From positions 256,001 to 320,000 of the forward strand of contig CAVTBU010000006.1 of the NCBI GenBank assembly GCA_963733035.1: a stretch of DNA of 64,000 nucleotides, written 5' to 3'. A model generated the notes under the pieces. The model did no database searches. It saw only the letters and a program-made list of their open reading frames with translations, and was not told the DNA's origin. The position numbers were made by a program, and so were the translations under genes. The DNA comes from Pirellulales bacterium (GTDB lineage Bacteria > Planctomycetota > Planctomycetia > Pirellulales > PALSA-1355). Positions 38,597 through 49,181 of this stretch are shown here, piece after piece (the first letter of the stretch is position 1; the number at the start of each line of letters is the position of its first letter).

Positions 38597-39715
38597 ATGA
38601 TGAATTCCACACCCGATCCTTATGCAACCGACCCAGATGCCGTGCGGATGCGGCAGAAGCGGTTGCTGGACCTGATGCAAGAGAAGAAGCTGGACCTGGT
38701 GATCCTCACGCAACAGGCCCACGTTCAGTACTTCTGTGGACCGCGTTTTGCCTGGACGTTTTCGCCGGCCGTCGCCATCACCGACGACGGACGCGTGACG
38801 CTGGTGGGTCCTGAGCCGCCGGCGCGTGACGCCGTGGCCGACGACCTGCGAACCTATGAGGCTCAATCATTCTCGACACTTCGCAACGACCAGCGAAAGA
38901 AGTCGACAGACGTTCTGTTCGATGCGCTCGGCAAACGGGCCAGCGCGAAACGCATCGGTCTGGAGGCATCCTCGTGCGGGACGGAGGTTACCGGCCGTTT
39001 GTCGGCGGAACTGATCGATGTTGAATCGGATGTTTACTTCATGCGCCGCCGCAAGGATCCGGACGAACTCGCCCGGCTGCGCAAAGCAATTGCAGGCACG
39101 GCGGCGATGCACGCCCGGGCGCGCGAGATGATCGAGCCGGGTGTCAACGAGTTGCATGTGTTCAGCGAACTGCAAGCCGCCGCCGTTGGCGAGTATGGTG
39201 AGATGCTAACCGGTACCGGCAACGATTATGCCTGTGGCGAGCGCGGCGGCGCCCCCCGCGATCGAAAGATCGAAGCCGGGGAACTGTACATCCTCGATCT
39301 CGGCCCAGCGTTTCGAGGTTATTTTGCCGACAACACGCGCGTGACTTGCGTGGGCGGGAGTCCAACCGATGCCCAACTCGAAGCCTGGAACCACATTCTG
39401 CCGGTGTTTGAGATGGTCGAGCGCGAGGTGAAGCCGGGCAAACGGTGCCGCGAGTTGTTCGACGAGGCTCACGCCTGGTTGAACCAGAAACCGTGGGAGT
39501 TCGAACATCACCTGGGGCACGGAATCGGCCTGTTTCCCCACGAGGCTCCGCACTTAAATCCCTGTTGGGACGACACGTTCCAGGAAGGCGAGGTATTTGC
39601 CGTCGAACCGGGGCTCTATGGCGAACCGCTCCGCGCTGGCATCCGCCTGGAGAATAACTACCTGGTTACCAAGACCGGCGTGGAACTGTTGACGCCATTT
39701 CCGCTGGAGCTCTGA
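38597..39715 (+). CDS. M24 Xaa-Pro peptidase family
   Basis: GYFADNTR, HHLGHGIG, HEAP, VEPG, GIRLEN. Confidence 0.9.
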   Translation: MMNSTPDPYATDPDAVRMRQKRLLDLMQEKKLDLVILTQQAHVQYFCGPRFAWTFSPAVAITDDGRVTLVGPEPPARDAVADDLRTYEAQSFSTLRNDQRKKSTDVLFDALGKRASAKRIGLEASSCGTEVTGRLSAELIDVESDVYFMRRRKDPDELARLRKAIAGTAAMHARAREMIEPGVNELHVFSELQAAAVGEYGEMLTGTGNDYACGERGGAPRDRKIEAGELYILDLGPAFRGYFADNTRVTCVGGSPTDAQLEAWNHILPVFEMVEREVKPGKRCRELFDEAHAWLNQKPWEFEHHLGHGIGLFPHEAPHLNPCWDDTFQEGEVFAVEPGLYGEPLRAGIRLENNYLVTKTGVELLTPFPLEL

Positions 39716-39727
39716 TCGTTCGGAGAT

Positions 39728-40504
39728 CTATCGCCGGGCGAAGTTCATGGCCAGCATGTCGATCTGGCCCTTCAGGTCGGCGAGCAACAAGTTTGGGTTG
39801 GCGCCGTCGGCCATGTGCGAATAGAAGGCCTGCGACGCTGAGCCGTGGGTGACGCCGAGCATCGAGGTGGTATGCTCAAGCTGTCGGATTTGCGAGTCGA
39901 GTTGGCGAAGTTTCTGCACGGCGAAGCGGCTGTTGCGCCAGATCCGCTCGAGCTGCCAAACCAGACCGACGAGAAACACGCCTCCACCCCCCGCAGCGAT
40001 CGTCAAACCCAAGTTCCAGAGGTCGGGGCGGCCTTCAGACAGCGACCAGCCCAGCACGCCACCACCCGCCACGAGCGTAAGTAGTCCCAACCACACGACG
40101 GAGTGCGCTACAAGACTGGAGCGTCTGGCCGGCCGGTCGGCGCGTCGTCGCCGTCGCGCCGTTTGCGGTCGTGGAATCGACATGTGCGGTGCGTCGAATC
40201 GCCATTGTGGCTGCCGACTGGCCTGCGGCTCGGCATGAGCCGCATGTCGACGCTGCCACGGTCCGAATCGTGCTTCAAGCGAACGCAGGTTCTGATCGAG
40301 CTCCCAATCCTCGTAGCTGCGCGTGCTGGCCGAGGGTCCGGTTTCCAGGTCAATGCCGACTTCCGCCGGGTGCCCCGAGTCGTGGGCGCCGGGCTCGGTA
40401 TCGTCGTTGGAGACCAGACCCGCGCCGCAGCGACCGCAACGCATGCCCGACTGTCGGGGTGAGCGAATGCCGGGTGTATCCTGGCGACAGTTCTTGCACC
40501 ACAT
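39728..40504 (-). CDS. Hypothetical membrane protein with N-terminal Zn ribbon
   Basis: CxxC...CxxC, two TM helices, coiled C-terminus. Confidence 0.7.
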   Translation of the reverse strand: MWCKNCRQDTPGIRSPRQSGMRCGRCGAGLVSNDDTEPGAHDSGHPAEVGIDLETGPSASTRSYEDWELDQNLRSLEARFGPWQRRHAAHAEPQASRQPQWRFDAPHMSIPRPQTARRRRRADRPARRSSLVAHSVVWLGLLTLVAGGGVLGWSLSEGRPDLWNLGLTIAAGGGGVFLVGLVWQLERIWRNSRFAVQKLRQLDSQIRQLEHTTSMLGVTHGSASQAFYSHMADGANPNLLLADLKGQIDMLAMNFARR

Positions 40505-40665
40505 AAGAGCGACTCGCGAAACGACGCACTAGCTTGACTAGTTGCCCAAGGGCTTTTTGGCCATTCCATGCATCGGCGATTCGTCGTGGGGGAATGCAGC
40601 GAATTCGGCGACTTTTCCGGATTCGCGGAGCTTGCGGCTAGCTGTCAGGCGGTTGCTGGCAGGCC

Positions 40666-42801
40666 CTATTCGGCCGTTTCGTTTTCGGCCGGCGATTCAC
40701 CTTGACCAATTGCTTGCCCCGGCTGGGCGTCCCTGGAGGCCGACGGTTCGGCAGCGCTTTTGGCAGCGGCCTCGCCGGAGGCGTTTTCCGCCACCGGGAT
40801 GTTGGCAGCGGGGGCCTCGTACCACTGGCCGCGCAGCCAATCGGCGATCAGCTCAATTTCCCGCGCGTCGAGCAGGTTTTTTGACGGGTTGCCATCCTGT
40901 TCGGCAAACGCCGGCATGCGGTCGTTGGAGTCGGGATAGTAACGCGCGTGCGTCGGGTTGCTTATCATGCCGATTAGCCACTCGCGCGAGCCGTAGCCGG
41001 TCAAATCGGGCGCCGTGCCCAATTCGCCGACATCGTGGAACTTATGGCACATCGTGCAGTTCTCTTCGTTGGCGATCAGTTCGCGACCAGCGGCGATTTT
41101 GCCGGCGTCCTCTTTGTCGGTTGCCTGCTGCGCTTTGAGTTGTGCTTCGGCCGACAAGGCAATCACAACCTTCTGTACGTCCTCGGCCGGCCACTCGGTC
41201 ATCGTATCTTTGACGAAGCCGGCCATTTCGCCTTCGGCATGTTCGGTGCCGCCGAAGTAGCTGAGTCCGGAAATCTGCTCGGGATTCAGCAGCCCCGTGA
41301 TCCAATCCCGACTGGCAAAACCGTATAGATTTGGTGCCGTGGCTTTGGCAAGCACGGGTGATTCCGCCCCGGAAGGGGGCAAGTGCGTGTGGCAACTGGC
41401 ACAATGCGCCGCGAACAGTTTGGGACCCTGCGTGCGGGGATCTTCACGTAAGAGGGTGATTGCGCCGGTCATCGGGATGCGGCCCGGCGCGGAGGCCAAT
41501 TCAATGACTCGATGAGCCTCTTCGTCGGCGTTTTCGACGGCGGCCAGATACTCCTTCGACTTGCGGTAATGTTCGTACCTCCGAAATTGATGCTTGTAGT
41601 CGGCGATTTTGGCGGGGTCGTTCTGGAAATGTGCGACGATCTTTTTATCGTCGGTGCCCAACTCCTCGGCCAGTGGAGCGATCTCGGCGAATTGTTCCGG
41701 GTCGGTCCAATGGGCCTGATAATCCTCGCCGATCGCTTCGACGGTCAGATAAGCCACGCCGCACATCAGAATCAGCATCGTGGCGATATTGAACCGATGC
41801 CCTAACTTCCAGCGGCCGATGATCGGCATCAGAAACAGACCGCCCAGGATCAAGCTGGGGATCACGACGGCACCGAGTAGTTCTCCTCGCTCCCCCCAGC
41901 CCTCGAAGAACTTGAGAAACTGAAACAGAAACAGGAAGTACCATTCCGGCCGCGCGGCGGAGTATTGATTCGACGGGTCGGCTGGCGCGCCGAGTTCGGC
42001 GCCGGCAGTGGGACCAAGTGCGGCGCCTCCGTCAGGCGAGAACCAATCGAACGGATGCAGGCACAGCACAAGCACCACGGTCAACACGGCCAGGCAGGCC
42101 ACCGCGTCCTTGAGGACCTGGTCGGGCCAGAAATACGCGTCTGCAAACTTTGGCGGCTGCTTGCAGTGGATGCCGTGGCGGCGAAACAGCGCCACGTGCA
42201 GCACCAGAAAGAAGACCAGCGACGCAGGTAAGATGCCGGCGTGCAGCGCGAAGAACCGCGTGAGCGTGTGATGTCCGTAGTCGGCTCCGCCGACGACGAT
42301 TTGCTGCAATTGCGGTCCGACGAGCGGTACCACGCCCAACAGGTTCGTCGCGACGCGCGTGGCCCAGTAGCCCTTTTGATCCCAGGGAAGCAGGTAGCCG
42401 GTGAGCGACAGGCCGAGCACGATCTGCATCAGGATCAGGCCCAGCCAGAAATTCACTTCGCGCGGCGCGCGATAAGCACCATCGATAACGACTTGCATCA
42501 AGTGCAAGGCCAACAGCACGACCATGGCCTGGGCCATGAAATGGTGCATGCCGCGCAGCAGCCAGCCCCCCTGAGTTTCGTACTGAATGTAGTACACGCT
42601 CTCCCAGGCCGTCTGAGCGCTGGGGCTGTAGTACATCCACAGGGCGAAGCCGGTCACGGCCTGGACGAAGAACGCGAACACGAGCGTGCTGCCCCAAACG
42701 TAGCGCCAGCGGGCGCCGCCGGGTATGCGCTGGTAAAGCGCCTCGTGGACGAGATCGCGAATGCCAGTGCGGCTATCCAGCCAGTTGACGAGCGCCTTCA
42801 T
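40666..42801 (-). CDS. Cytochrome b fused to diheme cytochrome c (bc complex)
   Basis: Cytochrome b motifs GWLLRGMHH, GYLLPWDQ, PEWY; CASCH and CTMCH. Confidence 0.92.
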   Translation of the reverse strand: MKALVNWLDSRTGIRDLVHEALYQRIPGGARWRYVWGSTLVFAFFVQAVTGFALWMYYSPSAQTAWESVYYIQYETQGGWLLRGMHHFMAQAMVVLLALHLMQVVIDGAYRAPREVNFWLGLILMQIVLGLSLTGYLLPWDQKGYWATRVATNLLGVVPLVGPQLQQIVVGGADYGHHTLTRFFALHAGILPASLVFFLVLHVALFRRHGIHCKQPPKFADAYFWPDQVLKDAVACLAVLTVVLVLCLHPFDWFSPDGGAALGPTAGAELGAPADPSNQYSAARPEWYFLFLFQFLKFFEGWGERGELLGAVVIPSLILGGLFLMPIIGRWKLGHRFNIATMLILMCGVAYLTVEAIGEDYQAHWTDPEQFAEIAPLAEELGTDDKKIVAHFQNDPAKIADYKHQFRRYEHYRKSKEYLAAVENADEEAHRVIELASAPGRIPMTGAITLLREDPRTQGPKLFAAHCASCHTHLPPSGAESPVLAKATAPNLYGFASRDWITGLLNPEQISGLSYFGGTEHAEGEMAGFVKDTMTEWPAEDVQKVVIALSAEAQLKAQQATDKEDAGKIAAGRELIANEENCTMCHKFHDVGELGTAPDLTGYGSREWLIGMISNPTHARYYPDSNDRMPAFAEQDGNPSKNLLDAREIELIADWLRGQWYEAPAANIPVAENASGEAAAKSAAEPSASRDAQPGQAIGQGESPAENETAE

Positions 42802-43361
42802 TGTTTGACGACTTTTTCGGCCTTGCCGGTGTAAAAGTTCTCGAACTTCACGAGGATTTCCGTCTGCTCGACTTGGCAGGGTAGCGAATCCATCGGCCGT
42901 GGGCTGGGGCTCGGCTCGATAATAGACCCGTCGACCGCGAACGAACTGTTATGACACGGACACTTGAACGTATTTGTCGCCCCGTCGTACGCCACGAAGC
43001 ACCCGGCGTGCGGGCAGGTGGCTGTCAGGCAGCGCGGCTGCGACTCTCCCGGGAGCCGTCGCAGGTAGACTGCGCCGATCGGCTGGACCGATTCGTTCCA
43101 GGCGTCGATGCGTTCGGCCACAACCGGAAACTGTCGCGGGATGCCGTCGTCGGGAACGGCGCCCAAAGGGGCCACGGGAATGAAGCTGGCGCCCTTGGCC
43201 TTGCGACGGAGAGGATCGAGAAACACGGCCAAACCTGTGGCCGCAGGCACGATGGCAACCAAACTGCCCACCAGGACGGCCGCGACGTGATTGAAGAATC
43301 CTCGCCGCTGCTCGGTGGAGGGTGTCGTGTGTTTGGTCGGCGGGGAAGCTGAACTGGCCAT
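42798..43361 (-). CDS. Rieske 2Fe-2S subunit
   Basis: RRGF Tat motif; CPHAGC and CPCHNS. Confidence 0.92.
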   Translation of the reverse strand: MASSASPPTKHTTPSTEQRRGFFNHVAAVLVGSLVAIVPAATGLAVFLDPLRRKAKGASFIPVAPLGAVPDDGIPRQFPVVAERIDAWNESVQPIGAVYLRRLPGESQPRCLTATCPHAGCFVAYDGATNTFKCPCHNSSFAVDGSIIEPSPSPRPMDSLPCQVEQTEILVKFENFYTGKAEKVVKQ

Positions 43362-43583
43362 CGGGCGGGAGGCCTCCGATCTGCGTGGTTGCGAAGCCGC
43401 GGCTTCGCGTTGCGGTAGGACCGAGCCAGGGTTTGCTTTGGCGCGGCGCTTCAATCAGGCGGGCAATGTTGGCGGGTGGACGGACGTGGTTTCTGTCACC
43501 TCCTGCGGGCGTGCCACGCTCCTTCAGCGGACTCGACACGTGAACAAAGCGCAGTCTGCGCCGTAACGCCATCCAAGTTTCAA

Positions 43584-44570
43584 TTATCGCATGGCTTTGC
43601 GCACAGCGTCAAGCACCAGGGATTGCGCTTCGGGCCAGGGGGCGTTTGTGAAAGCACCAGCCGCCGCTTTGTGGCCCCCACCGCCAAACCCTTTTGCCAA
43701 TTCGTTGCAATCGACGTCCGCCGTTCGGCTGCGGAAACTAAGCTTGAATCCGCCGCTCTGTTGCTCGACAAGGATCACGGCCACTTGGGTGCCGGAGATC
43801 GCCAGGGTCATGTTGATGACGTCTTCCGTGTCGGAGGCAAGCGCGCCAGTCTCTTCGAAGTCCACCTTTAGCGCAGCCGTATGTGCCAGCCGACCGTCGA
43901 GTTCTGTTTGCGTGCGAGCCAGGATGCGGCCACGCAATTGCAGTCGCGCGAGCGAATCCCGTTCGTAGAGCGCGGCATAGATCTCGCTGGGCACTGCGCC
44001 AGCTTCAATCAGGTCGCCGGCATAGCGCATCGTCAAGTCGCTTGTCGAACCAAAGCGGAACCAACCAGTATCGGTGGCGATGGCCGCGAACAGGGGCCGC
44101 GCGATTTCGGGCGTGACTTTGACCCCGAGGTGCCTGGCGGCCTCCAGAACGAGGCGTCCGGTTGCTTCGGCCGAAGTGTTTTTGAAAAGCTCGGCTCCCA
44201 GGTCATCTTCTCCGACGTGATGATCGAGAATGGCCTTGTGCGCCTTGGTCGAGCGGACAACTTCGGCCATGGTGCCGAGTTGTGCCCAGGCGCTTGTATC
44301 AAGCACCATTACCACCTCGCAGCCTTCCAGGTGAAACGGTTCGATGTCGACGCCGAGCGTCTTGAGTTTGCGGTCCGGGTCGATGAACGCCAGATTGGGC
44401 GGTGTCGCCTGGGCGTTGACGATCAGTACGTCCTTGCCAAGCGCCTCGAGCACTCCAGCCATCCCCAATTCGCTTCCCAGCGCGTCGCAATCGGGGCGAA
44501 TGTGGCTCGTCAGCAGGAAGCGATCGTGAGACCGGATCAGTTCAGTGAAGCGGGGCCAGGCAATCGGCAT
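43584..44570 (-). CDS. nrnA: DHH/DHHA1 phosphoesterase (NrnA-like)
   Basis: HIRPDCD, DHH, DTG, GGGGHKAAAG. Confidence 0.88.
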   Translation of the reverse strand: MPIAWPRFTELIRSHDRFLLTSHIRPDCDALGSELGMAGVLEALGKDVLIVNAQATPPNLAFIDPDRKLKTLGVDIEPFHLEGCEVVMVLDTSAWAQLGTMAEVVRSTKAHKAILDHHVGEDDLGAELFKNTSAEATGRLVLEAARHLGVKVTPEIARPLFAAIATDTGWFRFGSTSDLTMRYAGDLIEAGAVPSEIYAALYERDSLARLQLRGRILARTQTELDGRLAHTAALKVDFEETGALASDTEDVINMTLAISGTQVAVILVEQQSGGFKLSFRSRTADVDCNELAKGFGGGGHKAAAGAFTNAPWPEAQSLVLDAVRKAMR

Positions 44571-44642
44571 CGTCTCGCACGGGGTTTAGAGGAAGGGGCA
44601 TCAGGGGACGAGCGAAAAGGCGAATCCGTGCCAGCCGCGCCG

Positions 44643-45614
44643 TCAGGCGGGAGACTCCCCGCCGAAGGAAAGCTTATCGGCCAACTCGTATTCTTGGAAT
44701 GCCCGTCGGGCCTCGTCGACGTCGTTTTTTAATTGTCCAACGAGTTCTGCGACTCCGGCAAATTGCTGGATCCCTCGCAATCGGGCGAGAAAGTCGACTT
44801 CGAGTGCCTGGCCGTAGAGCGGCGAGCCGTCCCAGCCTACCAGGTGCACCTCGACCTTCATGGCCCCTTCGCCGAAGGTTGGATTCGGCCCCACGTTGAT
44901 GGCCGCGGCGAGTCGGCGATTGTCCACCAACCCTCGGCCCGCATAGACACCGGGCCCGGGCAGCAGCGTGTCGATGGCGTCGAGATTGGCGGTGCCGAAA
45001 CCGAGCTTCATGCCCCGCCCCGCGCCGTGTACGACCATGCCGCGGATACGGTAAGGTTGCGTGAGCAGTTGCCGGGCTTGGGCCACGTCTCCCTCCGCGA
45101 GGAGTCCACGGATCCGGGAACTGGACACATAGTCGCCGCCGACAACCAGCGGCTCGACCACGTCGAGGCTGATGCCGGCCGCGGACGTTAATTGCCGCAG
45201 GACGTCGATCGTACCGGCGCGATTGTGTCCGAAATAGAAATTGGGACCTTCGACCATCGCGCGAGCGTCGAGTTGCTTGCGGACAATTTGGTTGAAAAAC
45301 TCCTCGGGCGAAAGCGAGAGCAATTGCTCGTCCGTTGGGTAGGCGATCACGGCGTCGATGCCCAGGTCGGCCAGCAGCCGCGCCTTGCGGTCGGTCCAAG
45401 TGAGCGGAGGGGGCGCATGCGCGGGACGCAGCAGGCGCACCGGATGGGGATCGAACGTGAACACGAGCGCCGCACCGCCGAGGTCGCGCGCTTTCTCGAT
45501 GACACGGTCGACGATCCGCGCGTGACCGAGGTGCACGCCGTCGAAATTGCCGATCGTGATCGCGCCTCCGCGAAGTTCGGCTGGCAGATCCGCAACTTGA
45601 CGCAGGAGCTTCAC
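44643..45614 (-). CDS. ribF: Riboflavin kinase/FAD synthetase
   Basis: IGNFDGVHLGH, VSSSRIR, GTAN, GVYA, EVHL. Confidence 0.95.
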   Translation of the reverse strand: MKLLRQVADLPAELRGGAITIGNFDGVHLGHARIVDRVIEKARDLGGAALVFTFDPHPVRLLRPAHAPPPLTWTDRKARLLADLGIDAVIAYPTDEQLLSLSPEEFFNQIVRKQLDARAMVEGPNFYFGHNRAGTIDVLRQLTSAAGISLDVVEPLVVGGDYVSSSRIRGLLAEGDVAQARQLLTQPYRIRGMVVHGAGRGMKLGFGTANLDAIDTLLPGPGVYAGRGLVDNRRLAAAINVGPNPTFGEGAMKVEVHLVGWDGSPLYGQALEVDFLARLRGIQQFAGVAELVGQLKNDVDEARRAFQEYELADKLSFGGESPA

Positions 45615-45808
45615 GTGATGCGTCCGTCGAGTGGCATGGTCCAACGGCAAAATCAAATTATGGGGCGTGACACGACCGCTGGTCAATCGGCACGACGTGT
45701 TCCGCCCGCACCCTGCGGCTGCGGCAAAGTTGAGTCTCGCCTGTCGATTGCCGGATATGCTATCCTTGCACAAGGTTCGGTCGCGCATTGCAATCGCTTG
45801 GACGACCC

Positions 45809-47449
45809 ATGGAAGAAAAACAGTTTTTCTTGTCCCGAGACTTGGCACATCGACTGGCCGCGATCGATATTGGCACCAACAGCATCCGTCTGATGGTCGC
45901 CGAGCCGCTACGGGGCGGGAATTATCGCATCCTAGACGAGGAGAAGGAGTCGACCCGACTCGGCGAGCATCTGAGCAAGACCGGTCGGCTCGATCCGGGC
46001 GCAATCCAGAAGTCGCTCGACGCACTGCGACGAATGAAGCAGATTGCCGAAGGTTTCCAGATTACCGAACTCAAGACGATCGCCACCTGTGCGGTGCGCG
46101 AAGCCGCCAACGGCGGCGAATTTTGCCGAAGGGCCAAGGATGAATTGGGCATCGACATCGAAGTCATCGGTAGCGAGCAGGAAGCGCGGCTGGCGTTTTC
46201 CAGTGTCCAGCGAGCCTTCGACCTGACCGGCCAGCACGTCGCCGTGGTCGATATCGGCGGCGGCAGTACCGAAATCGTGTTGGCCTTCGGCAATCTGATC
46301 GAGGCGGTGTACATGACGCAACTCGGCGCGGTTCGTCTGAGCGAGGCGTACCCCGACGCTGCCACGCCAGAAGGCTTCGGCGAGTTGATCGACGGTATCG
46401 ATCGCCACCTCCGTAAGCACACCAAGAACCCGGTCTTCACGCCACATATTCTGTTTGGTTCCGGAGGAACCTTTACGAGCCTGGCCGCGATGGTCATGGC
46501 CGCCAAGAGACAAGACGGCATGCCGGTGCGCGGCTACCAGGTGAGCCGGGCCGACGTGCGCCACTTGCTTGACCGACTGCGGAAGATTCCGCTCAAGGAA
46601 CGAGCCAGCGTGCCGGGACTCAGTCCGGATCGCGCCGACATCATCGTGGCGGGATTGGCGATTGTCGACCGCGTGATGGAACGCTTTCAAGTCAATTCGG
46701 TGCAGATCCACAACCGCGGCGTGCGCGACGGTTTACTACTGTCGATGATCGAGCGATCGCTCGGCAGCGACAACGACAAACCGCGCGATCGCGACGCTGC
46801 CCTCGAACGGCTGGCCGCCAGTTGCGGCTGCGAAATGGAACATAGCCGCCACGTTGCCAGGCTGGCCGGCTCGATCTTCATGCAACTGGCCCCACACTAC
46901 CATCTCAATCCGACCGACCAGACGCTGCTCGAAGCCGCCGCCAAACTACAAGACGTAGGCTATCTGATCAATTACGACCAACACCACAAACATAGCTACC
47001 ACCTGATCCTGCACAGCCGGTTGGAAGGTTTTCAGCCCAACGAGTTGGAAATCATTGCCAACGTGGCGCGCTATCATCGCGGTGCCGACCCCAAGCGCAA
47101 ACACGCGAATTTTCGACAACTTTCGGAGCGCGACAAGAATCGAGTGCGGCAGATGGCGGCCATCTTGCGCGTAGCCGGCGGCTTAGACCGCAGCAATACG
47201 CGTCAGGTGACGGCTGTCGACGTGCAATTTGGTCGCAAACACAACGTCACGCTCAAGTTGACCGCGAAGCAATTTCCCGAGGTCGACATCTGGGGAGCGC
47301 GAAAGCGAGTCAAGCTCTTCGAAAAAGTGTTCGATGCCTGGTTGGCCCTTGAATGGGAGGATGCGACGCAGTCGGGCTCGCCCGTCTCCAACGGTCACAC
47401 AGGCGTTTCCGAGGGATCGCCCAGTACGGCCAACAAGCCCCAAAGGTAG
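45809..47449 (+). CDS. ppx: Ppx/GppA phosphatase
   Basis: AAIDIGTNS, DIGGGSTE, RADII, C-terminal HD-like domain. Confidence 0.92.
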   Translation: MEEKQFFLSRDLAHRLAAIDIGTNSIRLMVAEPLRGGNYRILDEEKESTRLGEHLSKTGRLDPGAIQKSLDALRRMKQIAEGFQITELKTIATCAVREAANGGEFCRRAKDELGIDIEVIGSEQEARLAFSSVQRAFDLTGQHVAVVDIGGGSTEIVLAFGNLIEAVYMTQLGAVRLSEAYPDAATPEGFGELIDGIDRHLRKHTKNPVFTPHILFGSGGTFTSLAAMVMAAKRQDGMPVRGYQVSRADVRHLLDRLRKIPLKERASVPGLSPDRADIIVAGLAIVDRVMERFQVNSVQIHNRGVRDGLLLSMIERSLGSDNDKPRDRDAALERLAASCGCEMEHSRHVARLAGSIFMQLAPHYHLNPTDQTLLEAAAKLQDVGYLINYDQHHKHSYHLILHSRLEGFQPNELEIIANVARYHRGADPKRKHANFRQLSERDKNRVRQMAAILRVAGGLDRSNTRQVTAVDVQFGRKHNVTLKLTAKQFPEVDIWGARKRVKLFEKVFDAWLALEWEDATQSGSPVSNGHTGVSEGSPSTANKPQR

Positions 47450-47463
47450 TGCCACGCGCTCTG

Positions 47464-48186
47464 TTAGTTCATTTGCAACGCGCAATTGCGCACTGGCGGA
47501 CGTTGCGGAACGGGCTGCGGCTGCTTGCGGGTCAGGTTGATCCATGTCTCAGCCGCGACGACGTTGATCACAAATCCAAGCCAGGCGACGGATTCCCACG
47601 CTTCGGAAAATGAAGCACCGATCGGCGGCATCATCAGCAGCGGGATCAGCACGCGAAAGGTCGCAATACCCAGACCGATGGCGAAACAGCGAATCATCCA
47701 TTCACGATGGCGGGCAATCTCTCGGCGGCGAATCGTGCGGTAGCCCTGCACCAGCGCAACGATGAATAAACTACTTGCGAAGACGATCGCAGCGTTGGTC
47801 GACAGGTCGCCAAACACGGGTAGACGTTGGACGAAGATCAATGCCGTCACCACTCCCACCAGCGCCGCGATCATCCACACGCGCCCCGACCAGCGGTGGA
47901 AGCGGATCCAGCGATTGCGAACCGCGGGCAAGAACTGAATCGGTCCCAGAATCATGAATACCAGACCCGATGACGCGTGCGCGATCGACAGATACGGCAG
48001 CGCGAAGTAGCGGGGTTCAAAACCTTCGGCACCGGGCGGCGACGGGGGGACGACGTAGCCGGACGGGTCGCTCAGGTATTGGGTCGTCCGGATCAAACGC
48101 GTTACGGCACTGGCCGAACCGACAAAGGCCAGTAGTAGCACGCAGCAGAATCCGACGCGGCCAAGCACGGTAATCATGGAAGACAC
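47464..48186 (-). CDS. DUF2306-like membrane protein
   Basis: HRWSGRVW, HREWMIR, multiple TM helices. Confidence 0.75.
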   Translation of the reverse strand: MSSMITVLGRVGFCCVLLLAFVGSASAVTRLIRTTQYLSDPSGYVVPPSPPGAEGFEPRYFALPYLSIAHASSGLVFMILGPIQFLPAVRNRWIRFHRWSGRVWMIAALVGVVTALIFVQRLPVFGDLSTNAAIVFASSLFIVALVQGYRTIRRREIARHREWMIRCFAIGLGIATFRVLIPLLMMPPIGASFSEAWESVAWLGFVINVVAAETWINLTRKQPQPVPQRPPVRNCALQMN

Positions 48187-48302
48187 TCCGGACGGGATAG
48201 GGCGACCCCCGTATCATAACGGGCGACACGAAGCGGGCGCCATTGCCAGTTGATTCGTCCGCCGTGGGGGAATCTTGACCGTGCAAGGCTCGGGGGCGGG
48301 TA

Positions 48303-49181
48303 CTACCCCTCGCCAGCGCCGACAAGCTGCCAGGCATTCGGTAGGAACCGAATCAGGTCGCTCGCGATCATTGAGATTTGCCCCAGTTCGGCGGCAGCTA
48401 GATCGCCGGCCAAGCCATGCACGTGGCAGCCCAGTCGGGCGGCGTCGTAGGGCGAAAGGTGTTGGCAGAGCAGGGCGGTGATAATGCCCGTCAGCGTGTC
48501 GCCGGTGCCGCCCGTGGCCATTCCTGGGTTCCCTGTCGTATTGAGCGCCAGCCGCTCGCCGTCGGCAATCACCGTACGATGCCCCTTGAGCACCAGGACC
48601 ACGGAATTCTTCTGGGAAAAATCATGTGCAAGTGCTTCACGTTTGTCCAAAGGAATCGTGTCACGCCCGGTTAGTCGGCCGAATTCGCCGGGATGCGGTG
48701 TCAGCACTCTTGGTCCCCCGGCGCGGGGCAGAATCTGCGGCTGTGCGGCCAGCGCGTTGAGTGCATCGGCATCGACGACCATCGGCTGCTTTACCTCGCG
48801 GTAGAGTCGGCCGACGATTTCCCTCAAGTGATCGCTCCGGCCGAGTCCCGGGCCGAGCGCGACCGCGGTGGCGTTTTCGACGTATTCCATCAGGATCGGC
48901 AAGGCCGCCTTGGCAATGCGACCATCCGCGTCACTCGGCAGCGACAAGCTCATCGCACTGGGTTCAAACGCAGCCACGGTTGGCTGACAGGCGGCGGCCG
49001 TGGCCAGCGTCACCAGTCCGGCCCCACTTCGCAAACTTGCCAACCCGGCCATGGCAACCGCACCGGCCATTCCTTGGGATCCACCAATTAGCAGTGCCCG
49101 TCCAAAGTTGCCTTTGTGACTGTCAGGACTTCGGGGCGGCACGCGCGGTAGCGGCGAAGCGTCGTGAGTTGGAACGTTCAT
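48303..49181 (-). CDS. nnrD: NAD(P)H-hydrate dehydratase
   Basis: HKGNFG, GPGLG, DADALN, TPHPGEF, GGTGD. Confidence 0.92.
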   Translation of the reverse strand: MNVPTHDASPLPRVPPRSPDSHKGNFGRALLIGGSQGMAGAVAMAGLASLRSGAGLVTLATAAACQPTVAAFEPSAMSLSLPSDADGRIAKAALPILMEYVENATAVALGPGLGRSDHLREIVGRLYREVKQPMVVDADALNALAAQPQILPRAGGPRVLTPHPGEFGRLTGRDTIPLDKREALAHDFSQKNSVVLVLKGHRTVIADGERLALNTTGNPGMATGGTGDTLTGIITALLCQHLSPYDAARLGCHVHGLAGDLAAAELGQISMIASDLIRFLPNAWQLVGAGEG

